A stretch of 64,000 nucleotides of DNA. Origin: Planctomycetota bacterium. Its GTDB lineage: Bacteria; Planctomycetota; PLA2; JAEUHO01. The first letter of the stretch is position 1. Each line of letters opens with the position of its first letter. Positions 36,990 to 47,442 of this stretch are shown here, piece by piece. The position numbers were made by a program, and so were the translations under genes. The stretch is taken from assembly GCA_965223505.1 (NCBI GenBank), contig CBDCWP010000034.1, positions 32,001 to 96,000 on the forward strand, read 5' to 3'. Below the pieces are notes generated by a model, which worked only from the letters and a program-made list of their open reading frames with translations, made no database searches and had not been told where the DNA came from.

Positions 36990-38507
36990 TCAACCGCATG
37001 ACGCAATGCGTTCGACCAGGAGCGCCGTCATGCCGCCCGTCGCGAGCAGCGTGAGGCGCGCCTGCGTGGCCGCGACGAGCGCGAGCGCCACGTAGGCCGC
37101 CCACCAGAGCTGCGTGGGCGGCGCCGCGTCCGCCGCGCCCAGCCCGAGCTCACGGCATCCGTGCAGCAGCGCGCGCAGGCCGTCGGCGGTGTGGCGAAAC
37201 GCCGGCTCGAGCCAGTGCGTCGCGCCCTCGACCGGCGCGAGCAACAGGATCAGGAAACCGATCAGGATCAGCACGGCGACGAACGGGACCGCGACGACCG
37301 AGAGGGGCGCAGAGAACAAGCAGACGCGGCCGAACGTGGCGGCCGCGAGCGGCGCCGTCGCGAGCCAGGCGCCCAGCCCGACGCACAACGCCTGCCGCAC
37401 GACGGGACGACGCCTCGGCCGAACGCCCGGCAGCGCGGGTCGATGGCGCGTCATCGCGCGCACGAGTCGCGGCGACAGGAACAGGATGCCCGCGACGGCG
37501 GCGAACGAGAGTTGGAAGCCGCGCTCGAAACACGCCCCGGCGTCCCAGAGAAACGACAGGACGAACACCACCGTCAACGTCGCGGTCGACCGGATCTCCC
37601 GTCCGAGCAGCCGCGCGCAGAGCATCAGGATCGCGGCACAGCCCGCGCGCATCGCGGACGGCGATGCGCCGGCGAACGGTACGTACACGATCACCTGGAG
37701 CAGCAGCAGCACCCACGTCGTGCGAAGCCCCGCGCGCACCCGTCGCAGCAGCCACAACGTTGCGGCCAGCAGCAGCCCGACGTGCAGACCCGACACCGCC
37801 AGCAGATGCGCTTGCCCCGCGCCGTACACGTCGTCGCGGTCCGACGCGAACAGCGCGCCCTTGTCGCCTGCGACCAACGCCCGCGCCAGCGCGGCGTCGC
37901 GTCGCGCGAGCGCACGATCGAACCTGCTGCACGCGGCGTTGCGCACGTCGCGAAGCAGCCCGTCGCCCTGCTCGACGATCTCCAGCGCGCCGATGGGGCG
38001 GCCCTCGCCGTGCACCCCCCGGCGCGCCCAGGACGCGCGGCGTCCGGGGGCCGCGGCGTCGAACGCACGCATCCGGACGCGTCCTCGGACGCGTGCATTC
38101 GGCGCCGGCGCCGAGCCCGCTGGAACGCGCAGGCGGATGCCAAACCGCCGGGGTGAGACGCCGCCGACCCGATGGACGTCGACGACGAGAACCGCCTTGC
38201 CGAACGCCGGCGGCTCGCTGCGCCGAACGACGCCTTCGATGTCGAAGACGGCCGGCTGCGCGCGCGCCTCGATCCACGCCGGGCGCTCGCTTCGTGCGTG
38301 AATCGGTGCGCCCGCCAGCAGTCCGAGCAGGAGACCGAGCGCCGGTGCGCGCACCCGAGCCGATGTCGTTGCCAGGGCCAACGGCGCGGCGAGCCACGGC
38401 GCGGTCTCGAGCTGTCCCAGCGCCAGGCCGGCGACGATGCCGAGCGCCGGACCCGCCAGCGGATGGGGGTGCAGGGGGCCGCCGGGCGGTAGGTCCGGAC
38501 GAAGCAC
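36990..38507 (-). CDS. comEC: ComEC/Rec2 family competence protein (no C-terminal MBL domain)
   Basis: HLLAVSGLHVG, SPSAMRA, GFQLSFAAV; start uncertain. Confidence 0.8.
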   Translation of the reverse strand: MLRPDLPPGGPLHPHPLAGPALGIVAGLALGQLETAPWLAAPLALATTSARVRAPALGLLLGLLAGAPIHARSERPAWIEARAQPAVFDIEGVVRRSEPPAFGKAVLVVDVHRVGGVSPRRFGIRLRVPAGSAPAPNARVRGRVRMRAFDAAAPGRRASWARRGVHGEGRPIGALEIVEQGDGLLRDVRNAACSRFDRALARRDAALARALVAGDKGALFASDRDDVYGAGQAHLLAVSGLHVGLLLAATLWLLRRVRAGLRTTWVLLLLQVIVYVPFAGASPSAMRAGCAAILMLCARLLGREIRSTATLTVVFVLSFLWDAGACFERGFQLSFAAVAGILFLSPRLVRAMTRHRPALPGVRPRRRPVVRQALCVGLGAWLATAPLAAATFGRVCLFSAPLSVVAVPFVAVLILIGFLILLLAPVEGATHWLEPAFRHTADGLRALLHGCRELGLGAADAAPPTQLWWAAYVALALVAATQARLTLLATGGMTALLVERIASCG

Positions 38508-38564
38508 GAACGGACATCGCTCGAACGCGCGCGATGGGTACGTTCCCGTCGTATGCTCCCGGCC

Positions 38565-39581
38565 ATGGAACGCAGCTCGCACGAGATCGGCAAGGAGGTC
38601 GTCCGCAAGGAGCGCGACGCCCTGTCCTCGCTGCTGGACCGCATGGACGGGCTGCGCGAGGACTTCGACCGGGCCGTCGAGCTCATGCTCAGCTGCAGCG
38701 GCCGCGTGATCCTGTGCGGGATGGGCAAGTCCGGGCAGATCGGCCGCAAGATCGCGAGCACGCTGGTCTCGACCGGCACGCCGGCGTCGTTCCTGCATCC
38801 GGCGGAGGGGTTCCACGGCGACGTCGGCATCGTGACGTCGCGGGACGTCGTCGTCGCCATCAGCAACTCCGGCTCGACGCGCGAGGTGATTGAGCTGGTT
38901 CCGGTGATCCGGGATCTCGGCGCGAAGATGATCGCGCTCACCGGCGCGCCCAACAGCGCCCTCGGGCGCGACGCCGACGTCGTGCTCTCCTGGGGCGAGA
39001 TCGAGGAGGCGGACACCACCGGCCTCGTGCCCACCGTCTCCGCGGCGCTCACGTTGGCGTTGGGCGACGCGTTGACCGTCGCGTTGATGCAGCGCCGCGG
39101 GTTCGATGCCGGCGACTACCGCCTCTTCCACCCCAGCGGCGCCATCGGGACCAAGCTCACGCTACGTGTCATCGACCTGCTGCGCGGTCCGCACACCAAT
39201 CCCACCGTGCCGGAAGACGCGACCTTCCAGGAAGCGCTCGAGGTCGTCACGCGCGGCACCCAGGGCGGTGTCAACGTGGTCGACGCCGAGGGCAAGCTGG
39301 TCGGGCTCATGACCGACGGGGACGTACGCCGCTGCATTCAGGTGGCCGAGGGTTCGGTGGGGGACCTGCTCGCGACGCCCGTCTCCGAGCTCATGACCAC
39401 GACGCCCACGACCACCGCGGCAGACACGCTCGCCATCGAGGCGCTGCGCGCGATGGAGAGTCACAAGCCCCGGCCGGTCTACCTGCTTCCGGTGGTGGAC
39501 GCCGACGGCCGCGCCGTCGGATTGCTCCACGTGCACACGCTCGTGCAGGCCGGTCTGACCTCGGACCGAGAGCCAAGCTAG
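38565..39581 (+). CDS. kdsD: KpsF/GutQ arabinose-5-phosphate isomerase (SIS plus CBS)
   Basis: GMGKSG, STGTPA.FLHPAE.FHGD.G, SNSG.T.E, FHP.G.IG, TDGDVRR. Confidence 0.92.
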   Translation: MERSSHEIGKEVVRKERDALSSLLDRMDGLREDFDRAVELMLSCSGRVILCGMGKSGQIGRKIASTLVSTGTPASFLHPAEGFHGDVGIVTSRDVVVAISNSGSTREVIELVPVIRDLGAKMIALTGAPNSALGRDADVVLSWGEIEEADTTGLVPTVSAALTLALGDALTVALMQRRGFDAGDYRLFHPSGAIGTKLTLRVIDLLRGPHTNPTVPEDATFQEALEVVTRGTQGGVNVVDAEGKLVGLMTDGDVRRCIQVAEGSVGDLLATPVSELMTTTPTTTAADTLAIEALRAMESHKPRPVYLLPVVDADGRAVGLLHVHTLVQAGLTSDREPS

Positions 39582-39591
39582 GAACCGCAAC

Positions 39592-40998
39592 GTGAAGCTC
39601 AAACAAACGCTCTTCCGCGAGTACGACCTGCGCGGTCGCGTACCCGAGGTGTTTCCCGACGCCGTCGACGAGTTGTCGGACGAAGGGATGGAGCTGCTTG
39701 GCCGCGGATTCGGAACGTTGGCACAGCGGCGCGGCCTCGACCGCGTCGTCGTCTGCTACGACCTGCGCCACTACAGCGAGCGCTTGAAGGACAACTTCGT
39801 CAAGGGGCTCGTTGCGACCGGCATGAAGGTCGTGGACATCGGCTGCGGACTCTCGCCCACGCTCTACTTCGCGACACTGCACCTCGACTGCGCCGCCGGC
39901 GTCATGATCACCGCCAGCCACAACCCGCAGGGGTGGAGCGGGCTGAAGATGTCGTTGAACTACATCCGCACGCTGCTCAAGCCCGACATCGACGAGCTGC
40001 GCGACATCTGCAACGCCGGCGAGTTCGCCTCGGGCGAGGGGTCCGTCGAAGCCTACGACATCCGCGAGGCGTATCTCGACGACATGGTTTCGCGGGTCGA
40101 GATCACGCGGCCGCTCAAGATCGTCCTGGATCCTGGCAACGGCACCGCGGCGCTGTTCTGCGTCGAGGCGTTCGAACGCGCCGGCGTCGACGTCGTGCCC
40201 TTGTTCTGCGAGCCCGACGCGGACTTCCCCAACCATTTTCCGAACCCGAGCGAGATGAGCGCGCGCGATGCGATCCGGGCCAAGGTGAAGGAGTCGGGCG
40301 CGGACCTGGGGTTCTCGTTCGACGGCGACGGCGACCGGTTGGGCGTACAGGATCACCTCGGCAACGACGTCAACGCCGACATCATCCTCATGATGCTGAC
40401 GCGTCCGGTGCTGAAGCGTCATCCGGGCGCCAAGGTCGTGTTCGACGTCAAGTGCTCGCAGGCGCTCGTGGAGGACATCGCGGCGCACGGAGGCGAGCCG
40501 GTCATGTGGAAGACCGGACACTCGTACATCAAGTCGAAGATGGCCGAGCTGGGCGCGCCGATCGCGGGTGAGCGCAGCGGCCACATTTTCATCAAGGACA
40601 ACTTCCACGGTTACGACGACGGCATCTTCGCGGGGCTGAGGCTGGCCGAGTACGTGGCCTCGCAGGACCTGCCGTTGCACGACCTGCTCGCGGCCGCGCC
40701 GCGATACGAAACCAGTCCCGAGATCCACGTCGACTGCGCCGACGAGGTGAAGTACGAGGTCATGGACCGTGTGCTCGCCGCGATGAAGGACGAGTTCGGC
40801 GATCGCGTGAACGACATCAACGGCGCGCGCGTGACCTTCGACGGCGGCTGGGGCCTCGTGCGCCCGTCTTCGAACCTGCCGGAGCTGGTGCTCGTGTTCG
40901 AGGGCCGGGACGCCGAGACGATGAACGGCATCAAGGAGATCTTCCGGGAGCGCTTGCGCGCGTATCCGGAGATCGGAAGCACGTGGCACAACGAGTAG
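39592..40998 (+). CDS. Phosphomannomutase/phosphoglucomutase (AlgC-like)
   Basis: FREYDLRG, ITASHNP, FDGDGDR, GERSGH, VRPS. Confidence 0.95.
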   Translation: MKLKQTLFREYDLRGRVPEVFPDAVDELSDEGMELLGRGFGTLAQRRGLDRVVVCYDLRHYSERLKDNFVKGLVATGMKVVDIGCGLSPTLYFATLHLDCAAGVMITASHNPQGWSGLKMSLNYIRTLLKPDIDELRDICNAGEFASGEGSVEAYDIREAYLDDMVSRVEITRPLKIVLDPGNGTAALFCVEAFERAGVDVVPLFCEPDADFPNHFPNPSEMSARDAIRAKVKESGADLGFSFDGDGDRLGVQDHLGNDVNADIILMMLTRPVLKRHPGAKVVFDVKCSQALVEDIAAHGGEPVMWKTGHSYIKSKMAELGAPIAGERSGHIFIKDNFHGYDDGIFAGLRLAEYVASQDLPLHDLLAAAPRYETSPEIHVDCADEVKYEVMDRVLAAMKDEFGDRVNDINGARVTFDGGWGLVRPSSNLPELVLVFEGRDAETMNGIKEIFRERLRAYPEIGSTWHNE

Positions 40999-43385
40999 CG
41001 GGACGGCGAAGAGGACTGCGCGGCTCGCTTCGTTCCGCGACCGGGCGCGTCGTCCGGCGCATCGTCGAGTCGCAGTCGCGGGCGAGCCTCATCAAGGCGC
41101 GCGGTGCGATGTCCGTGCCCGGAGTGACGGCGCCCGTCGACATTCGCTTCGACGAACACGACGTGCCGCACATCGACGCGCAGAGCGACGCCGACGCGTT
41201 TCGGGCGCTCGGCGTCTGCCACGCGCTCAACCGCTTCTTCCAGATGGACATCCTGCGGCGCGTGCTTCGCGGCCGGCTCGCGGAGACCATCGGCGATCGC
41301 AAGCTCGGACCGATGGCGATGCCGCCGTTCGACCGCGACCGCACCGCGTCCGACGCGGACTACTTCATGCGCGCGCTGGACCTGGTGCCGTCGGCGCGCC
41401 GGGTCTGGGAGGCGGGCGACGCCGAAGGCCGCCACCTCCTGTGCGCCTACGTCGAGGGCGTGAACGCCGCTGTTCCGCTGCTGCGTCGTCGCCGGCCGCT
41501 CGAGCACCGCGCGATGAACATCCCCATCCGGCCGTGGACGCCGATCGACTCGATCCTCCTCGCGAAGGGCATGGCGTTCGGGCTGTCGTTCAAGTGGCGC
41601 ATCACGCCCGTCTTCGCGGAGATCGCCGACCGGCTGAACGCCAAGCCGGAGCATCTCGATCACATCCTGCCCAAGACGCCGCACGCACAGTCGTTCGCCA
41701 TGACGCGGCTGGTGGAGGGCGGCGTCCGCAACGCGTTGACGTTCGCGCCCTTCGGTGCGCCGGCCAACGGCAGCAACGCGTTCCTGGTCGGCGCCGGCCG
41801 GTCGTCGAGCGGACTGCCGCTGCTCGCGGGCGACCCGCACCTCGAGCTCTCGCTGCCGTCGATCTGGTACCTCGCGTCGCTTCGCGGCAGCCGCTACGGC
41901 GCGGTCGGCGCCACGTTGCCGGGCCTGCCGGGCGTCGTGCTCGGACGCACCCGCGGCATGGCGTGGGCGCTCACCAACGGCATGATCGACGACTCCGACA
42001 TGTGGACCGAGGAGCTCGACAGCGGCGGCACACGCTATCGCGTGGACGGCGCGTGGCGGCCGCTGCGCGTCGAGACGCAGGAGATCAAACGCAAGGGCCG
42101 CGCGCCGCGCATCGTTCGATTGCGCTACACGCATCGCGGGCCCCTGTTCACCGACGCGTTTCCCGGATTCACCGGGCCGCCGCTCTCGATGCGCATGACG
42201 TTGCACGAGCCGGCCGACGACATGCAGTCGTTCCTGCGCCTCGGGCGTTCGCAGACCGTGGCGGACGCGCTCGCCGCCGTGTCGAGCTTCGGTTCGCCGG
42301 CGCAGAACCTGCTGACCGCGGACACGCAAGGCAATGCCGCGTTTCGCCTCATGGGCAAGGTGCCGATGCGCGCCAAGCATCGGCATCCGGCACTGCCGCG
42401 CGACGGGACGACGAGCGAAACGGACTGGCGCGGCTTCATCGCCGAGCCGGATCTGCCGGCCACGAGCGTCGCGCCGAACGAGACGTTCATCTCCGCCAAC
42501 AATCCGCAGGTCGACCACACGTATCCGCACTATCTCAGCCACCACTACGAGCCCGACTACCGCGCGGAGCGCATCGCGCAGCTGCTGAACGGCCGCGAGC
42601 TGAGCGCCGCGGACCTCTGCGCTGCGCAGATGGACGCGAAGAATCTCTGCGCATCGCGCTTTCGCCGGATCGTGCTGGTTCCCCACGCCGAGGCGGTGCG
42701 CAGCATGCGGCCGACGGTGGCCCCGTTGCTCGACCGGTTGATGGCGTGGGACGGGGATGAGCGCAGGAGCGCGCCCGGCGCCGCGCCGTGGCACCTCGTC
42801 TATCACCATCTCGCGCGCCGCACGTTCACACCGCTGCTCGGCGCCGACATCACGCCGCACTGGATGAGCTTGATCAACCTGCTCGACGAGCCGCTGCTCG
42901 ACGCGTTTTCGGACGACGACAACCCCTGGGCGCCGCCCGCCGTTCGCGCGACGCTGCTTTGCGAAGCGCTCGACGATGCGGTCAAGGACATGGAGTCGCG
43001 CGGGCTCACGCTCGACAGCCCCTGGGGCGCGATGCACACGCTCACGTTGCGGCACCCGGCGGGACAAGGGCCGCTGGCGACCGCGTTCAACCGCGGACCG
43101 TTCGCCGTGGACGGCGGCCCGTTCAGCGTCTGCTCCGGGCAGTACCTGCACGCGCGGCCGGGACCGGTCGCCGCCGGCGCGTCGTATCGTCAGGTGGTGG
43201 ATCTCGCGCGTCCCGAGGAAGGCCGCATGATCACGTTCGGCGGCCAGTCGGGGTACGTCGGCTCACGTCACTACGACGACCTGACGCCGCGCTGGCTGGC
43301 CAACGACGGCCTGCCCATGCGACTCGAGACCGAGCTCGACGCCGCGCAGCGTCTGATCCTGACTCCCGGCGCCGCGGGACGGTAG
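40983..43385 (+). CDS. Penicillin acylase family Ntn-hydrolase
   Basis: VPHI.A, RFFQMD..RR..GRLAE, GSNA nucleophile, GDPHL, SANN, GQSG...HY.D; start uncertain. Confidence 0.9.
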   Translation: MAQRVAGRRRGLRGSLRSATGRVVRRIVESQSRASLIKARGAMSVPGVTAPVDIRFDEHDVPHIDAQSDADAFRALGVCHALNRFFQMDILRRVLRGRLAETIGDRKLGPMAMPPFDRDRTASDADYFMRALDLVPSARRVWEAGDAEGRHLLCAYVEGVNAAVPLLRRRRPLEHRAMNIPIRPWTPIDSILLAKGMAFGLSFKWRITPVFAEIADRLNAKPEHLDHILPKTPHAQSFAMTRLVEGGVRNALTFAPFGAPANGSNAFLVGAGRSSSGLPLLAGDPHLELSLPSIWYLASLRGSRYGAVGATLPGLPGVVLGRTRGMAWALTNGMIDDSDMWTEELDSGGTRYRVDGAWRPLRVETQEIKRKGRAPRIVRLRYTHRGPLFTDAFPGFTGPPLSMRMTLHEPADDMQSFLRLGRSQTVADALAAVSSFGSPAQNLLTADTQGNAAFRLMGKVPMRAKHRHPALPRDGTTSETDWRGFIAEPDLPATSVAPNETFISANNPQVDHTYPHYLSHHYEPDYRAERIAQLLNGRELSAADLCAAQMDAKNLCASRFRRIVLVPHAEAVRSMRPTVAPLLDRLMAWDGDERRSAPGAAPWHLVYHHLARRTFTPLLGADITPHWMSLINLLDEPLLDAFSDDDNPWAPPAVRATLLCEALDDAVKDMESRGLTLDSPWGAMHTLTLRHPAGQGPLATAFNRGPFAVDGGPFSVCSGQYLHARPGPVAAGASYRQVVDLARPEEGRMITFGGQSGYVGSRHYDDLTPRWLANDGLPMRLETELDAAQRLILTPGAAGR

Positions 43386-43450
43386 GTACGTCATCGCCAG
43401 CAGGAACCACAGCCACACGATCCACGCGAGGACGTTGTAGACGAGGCGCG

Positions 43451-43702
43451 CTACTCGCTTGACGAGACTGCTTCCTGTCCGGGCAGCGAGACCTTGATCC
43501 AGCGCTCGGTGTTGGGCGCCTTCTCGTCGATCTGGATCAGCTTGTAGCGAACGAGCCGCGCGACGGCCTGGCGCACGTCGGCCAGATGCCGTCCGGTGCG
43601 GCTGCAGACCCGCGTGAGGTCGAGCCAACCTTCGGACTCGTCCTGGGTGGAGACGATCGTGCGCAGCGTGGCGTCTTCCAGAGCGGTCAGGGCGTTTCGC
43701 AT
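43451..43702 (-). CDS. Small winged-helix-like hypothetical protein
   Basis: 83 aa with VRQAVARLVRYKLIQ; TACCCT 8 nt before ATG. Confidence 0.55.
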   Translation of the reverse strand: MRNALTALEDATLRTIVSTQDESEGWLDLTRVCSRTGRHLADVRQAVARLVRYKLIQIDEKAPNTERWIKVSLPGQEAVSSSE

Positions 43703-43735
43703 GGCGGCCGAGGGTACCCGAGCCCGGCGCAGGGG

Positions 43736-44782
43736 CTAAGCGACGGTCGTTGGGTCTGTGTGCGTGATCGTCAGGCCGCTCTCGCTGAGCAACAGGGGCA
43801 TCGCCAGGCAGTCGCCGGGCAGCGCGCCCGCCAGGTACGCGTCCACCGCCGTTGCGCGCTCGTCGTCCGGCAGCAGCACCAGCACGCAGCCGCCGCCGCC
43901 GGCGCCCAGGATCTTGGTTCCGAGCGCACCTCGCTCGCGCACGGCCGCGTCGAGCGACTCGATGGTGGGGGTGGTGACGCCGGGCGCCATGCGCCGGCGA
44001 ATGCCGCCGTCGGTGAGCACCCCCGCCAACGCCTCGTCCAACCGCGCGGCGCGCAGGTGCGAGCGGACCACGCGCGCGTTTTCGGCGATCTCGTGGAGCG
44101 CCTCGACCGTCTCGGCCTCGCCTTCGAGGTACGCGCGCACCGTGCCCCAGTTCGTCATGCCGGAGTGATGCGGCTCGCCGGTGTAGACGAGGCGCAGGCG
44201 TCGTTCGAGCGTCGCGAGATCGACCGGCAGGGGCTCGACCTCGATGCCGCCCAGGCCGCCTTCGAGCGCGAGACATCCGCCGTAGAGAGGGGGGTAGTAG
44301 TCCTGGTAGCCGGTCGGCGTCTTGAGCAGCGCCGTCTCGATGTCCTGTCCGAGCGCGCGCAGCGCCTCGCGGTCCCTGGGTGCGCCCTTCGCCTCGAACA
44401 AGGCGCCGAGCACCGCGCCCAAGAGCGCCGACGATCCGCCCAGCCCCGCGCCGGCCGGACTCGTCGCGCGCGTTCGAAGGGTCAACCCGCCGTCGGGCGC
44501 GGCGGCGCTGACGGCGAGCGCGAGCAATGCGAGCGGTCCCGCGTCGGCCAATCCGGCGCGAAGCGCGTCGAGGTCGTCGTAGCGCCTGCGCGCGTCGAGG
44601 TCGTCGCTGACGAGCTCGATGGCGCGGTCGTCCCTTAGCACGACGTCCGCGCGCGCGGGGACGTCGAGCGCCGCGTTCACCGTCACCCCCGGACGCGGCA
44701 GCGCCAGGTGCAGGGGCCAGATGTCCAAGGTCCCCCCGGCGAGGTCGATCCGGACGGGTACGGTCGCGCGGACGGCTTTCAT
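43736..44782 (-). CDS. GHMP kinase (HddA-like sugar-phosphate kinase)
   Basis: PVRIDLAGGTLD, PAGAGLGGSS, TGYQDY, KILGAGGGG. Confidence 0.88.
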   Translation of the reverse strand: MKAVRATVPVRIDLAGGTLDIWPLHLALPRPGVTVNAALDVPARADVVLRDDRAIELVSDDLDARRRYDDLDALRAGLADAGPLALLALAVSAAAPDGGLTLRTRATSPAGAGLGGSSALLGAVLGALFEAKGAPRDREALRALGQDIETALLKTPTGYQDYYPPLYGGCLALEGGLGGIEVEPLPVDLATLERRLRLVYTGEPHHSGMTNWGTVRAYLEGEAETVEALHEIAENARVVRSHLRAARLDEALAGVLTDGGIRRRMAPGVTTPTIESLDAAVRERGALGTKILGAGGGGCVLVLLPDDERATAVDAYLAGALPGDCLAMPLLLSESGLTITHTDPTTVA

Positions 44783-44904
44783 GCGGTCGATCATCCCAGA
44801 ATCGGACGACTGTCGTTGCCCGTAAGTCTTTCAGCGGGGGAATGGTCACCTACCATTGCGCCTCGGCTCGGGGAAAGCCGAACACCTAGGTAGGGAACGC
44901 GCCT

Positions 44905-45651
44905 ATGAAGCCGGTCATCGGGATGAGCTGCTCGACGCTCGTACTCACGGGGATGCGCGGCGTGCCGCGCCACGCGCTGTCCGAGATGTACGTCGCGTGC
45001 GTCAACGACGCCGGCGGCCTGCCGTTCATGCTGCCGAACGTGGCACCCGACTACGCCGCCGCGTACCTGTCGCGCATCGACGGGCTGCTGATGAGCGGCG
45101 GTCTGGACGTCGACCCGATGTTCTACGACCAGGAGCCGCGGCGCGAGATGGGCAAGATGGATCGCGTCCGGGACATCTTCGAGCTCGCGCTGATGCGCGG
45201 CGCCATCGAGGCCGGCATCCCGATCCTGGCGATCTGCCGCGGCATCCAGGTGCTCAACGTCGCCTGCGGCGGCACACTGATCCAGGACATCCCGTCGCAG
45301 GTCGAAGGCGCCATCAAGCACGAGCAGGATGCGCTGCGCCAGGACGCGGTCGGGCACGCCGTCGACATCGAGGCCGGTTCCAAGCTCGCCGAGATCGTCG
45401 GTAACACGCGCGTGCGCGTGAACTCGTTCCATCATCAGGCGGTGGACCGTGTGGCCGAGGGGTTCGTGGTCACCGCGCGCACCGCCGACGGCGTCATCGA
45501 GGGCATCGAGGATCCGAAGCACCCGTACTGCGTGGGCGTGCAGTGGCACCCCGAGCGCCTTCCGGCCGAGACCTCGACGCAGAACCTGTTCTCGAGCTTC
45601 GTCGAGGCGGCTCGCGCCGCCGCGCAGGCGGGCACCCGCTCCGACGGCTAA
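44905..45651 (+). CDS. Peptidase C26 / gamma-glutamyl-GABA hydrolase family (PuuD-like)
   Basis: SGGLDVDP, AICRGIQ.LNVA.GGTL.QD, NSFHHQAV, VQWHPE. Confidence 0.93.
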   Translation: MKPVIGMSCSTLVLTGMRGVPRHALSEMYVACVNDAGGLPFMLPNVAPDYAAAYLSRIDGLLMSGGLDVDPMFYDQEPRREMGKMDRVRDIFELALMRGAIEAGIPILAICRGIQVLNVACGGTLIQDIPSQVEGAIKHEQDALRQDAVGHAVDIEAGSKLAEIVGNTRVRVNSFHHQAVDRVAEGFVVTARTADGVIEGIEDPKHPYCVGVQWHPERLPAETSTQNLFSSFVEAARAAAQAGTRSDG

Positions 45652-45868
45652 CGACGGGCGTACACGCCGCGGCACATCCGGCAGGGCCCTGCGTCCCCGG
45701 CGGCCCGAACGTCGATGAAGAGGGCGTCGACCTCGTCGTAGGTCGGGCCCCGAATCCGGGCCAGAATGAACGGCCGGCCCAAACGACCGGTTTCCGGGGA
45801 AATTCGGAGTTTCGAGCCTTGGGATTGCGTCGAACGACGGGGTGTTCGGAAGGGAAAGACCTGCTGCC

Positions 45869-47401
45869 ATGACACGTCGCTTCCAGCTCGCTGTCGCCGT
45901 CTCCGCCGTGCTCGTCGTCGGCGTGGTCCTGATCGCGCTGGCCACCGGCGTCTTCGACGGTCCTGTCGCGTCCGGTCCCGACCTGGTCGCGGAGCGCGAC
46001 GGCCCCGACGGCGCAGGCACCGGCGCCGCGCAGCTCGAAGGCAGCGGGACGGCGGACGGCGATCCCGAGACCGGGCCCCATCTTCCGCGCGGCGCGACCG
46101 GCAGAGGTGCGCTGCGCCCCGGCATGCGCGATCCGCACGGGCTCGACCTGAGCGATCCGCAGCAGGCAGCGGACTACCTGAGCGAGCTCCTCTCGACCGA
46201 GCCGCTCAACTGGAAGGAGATCAACCGCGTGCTCGGCGTCATGACCGAGCCGCTGAGCGACGCGTCGCGCGCGATCCTGCTGCAGCAGCTGCTGCACGGC
46301 CAGCGCAACCAGGCCGTCCAGGCGTTCGGCAAGCTGCAGGACGGCAGCCTCACCGAGGACCTGCTGGCGGCATTCGACGATCCGGCGAACCGCGTCGCTC
46401 GTGGCGCGATCCTACATGCGCTCGCGACCATGCCCGGCGCCGATCCGGGGACCGTCGCGAAGGAGCTCGAAGCGCGTCTGACCGACGACATCGCGCACGA
46501 CCGCGTCCTACTCCAGTGGATCGGTGCCCGCGGCGGCGAAGAGGCCGCGCGCGTGATCGTGGAGTACATGGCGCGCACCGACCAGCCCGGCGCCCTACGC
46601 GGCAGCCTGCTGCGCATGCTCGACCTCAAGGGCGATCCGGCGGCGGCCGCCGTCGTGCTCCAGGCGCTGAAGGACTCGACGTCGCCGCAGGTGACGTCGC
46701 AGCTGCTCGACATGGTCGCGCAGGCGGGCGCGACCGGGTTCACGAAGGAGATCATCGCGCTCGATGCGGACGGTCAGTCCGACGCGATCCGTCGTCAGGC
46801 GCTCGACGCGCTCGCGCGCATCGGCGGCAAGGAAGCAATCGATCATCTCCTGGCCAAGGCGGAAGCGCCGGGAACGTACGGCGAAGCGGCGGTGAGCTCG
46901 ATCCGGCTCATCGCGAGCGCCGATCTCGAGGGGCGGGCGGCGCTGGTCGACGCGCTCAAGCGCGCCGGCATGATGTCGCGGCCCGACGAGACGAAGGAGA
47001 ACCTGCTGCTCGCCCTCGGACGGCTCAAGGAGAAGAGCGCGATTCCGCTCATCGTCAAGAGCCTGGACGACGGCAACGAGCGGGTGCGGATCGCCGCGGT
47101 CCGCGGCCTCGGCAAGATGAAGGACGCCTCGCGCGAGCACGTCGAGTCGATCGTCGAGCAGTACGCGAACGGCAGTCCGAGCATGAAGATGACGGCCGCC
47201 ATCGCCCTGGGCGACATCGGCGGCAAGGACGCCATCAGCGCCATGGACCAGATGCTGAGCGAAGAGGGCATCTCGCGCTCCCTGACCCGGACCCTGAACG
47301 CGGCGCTGCGCTTCGCGCGCGAGCGCGAGGCCGCCGGCCCCAGCCCGGCCCCGGCCGGCCCGGGACTTGGGGAACGGCGGGAGTCCGATCAGGGCAGGTA
47401 G
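45869..47401 (+). CDS. Membrane-anchored HEAT-repeat protein
   Basis: N-terminal TM helix; repeats IRRQALDALARIG, VRIAAVRGLG, AAIALGDIG. Confidence 0.82.
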   Translation: MTRRFQLAVAVSAVLVVGVVLIALATGVFDGPVASGPDLVAERDGPDGAGTGAAQLEGSGTADGDPETGPHLPRGATGRGALRPGMRDPHGLDLSDPQQAADYLSELLSTEPLNWKEINRVLGVMTEPLSDASRAILLQQLLHGQRNQAVQAFGKLQDGSLTEDLLAAFDDPANRVARGAILHALATMPGADPGTVAKELEARLTDDIAHDRVLLQWIGARGGEEAARVIVEYMARTDQPGALRGSLLRMLDLKGDPAAAAVVLQALKDSTSPQVTSQLLDMVAQAGATGFTKEIIALDADGQSDAIRRQALDALARIGGKEAIDHLLAKAEAPGTYGEAAVSSIRLIASADLEGRAALVDALKRAGMMSRPDETKENLLLALGRLKEKSAIPLIVKSLDDGNERVRIAAVRGLGKMKDASREHVESIVEQYANGSPSMKMTAAIALGDIGGKDAISAMDQMLSEEGISRSLTRTLNAALRFAREREAAGPSPAPAGPGLGERRESDQGR

Positions 47402-47442
47402 ACTTCAAACGCCGGACATCCGACGTTTCCAAGTGCGGTCCC

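Noticed and set aside
43386..43460. Hydrophobic stretch VARLVYNVLAWIVWLWFLLAMTYLP on the minus strand
   Set aside because: No convincing start or RBS and it runs antisense into the acylase; possibly a remnant, unsupported
45766..47442. N-terminal 559 aa of the 986-aa ORF
   Set aside because: Overlaps the real HEAT gene in another frame; a signal peptide begins at ATG 47443
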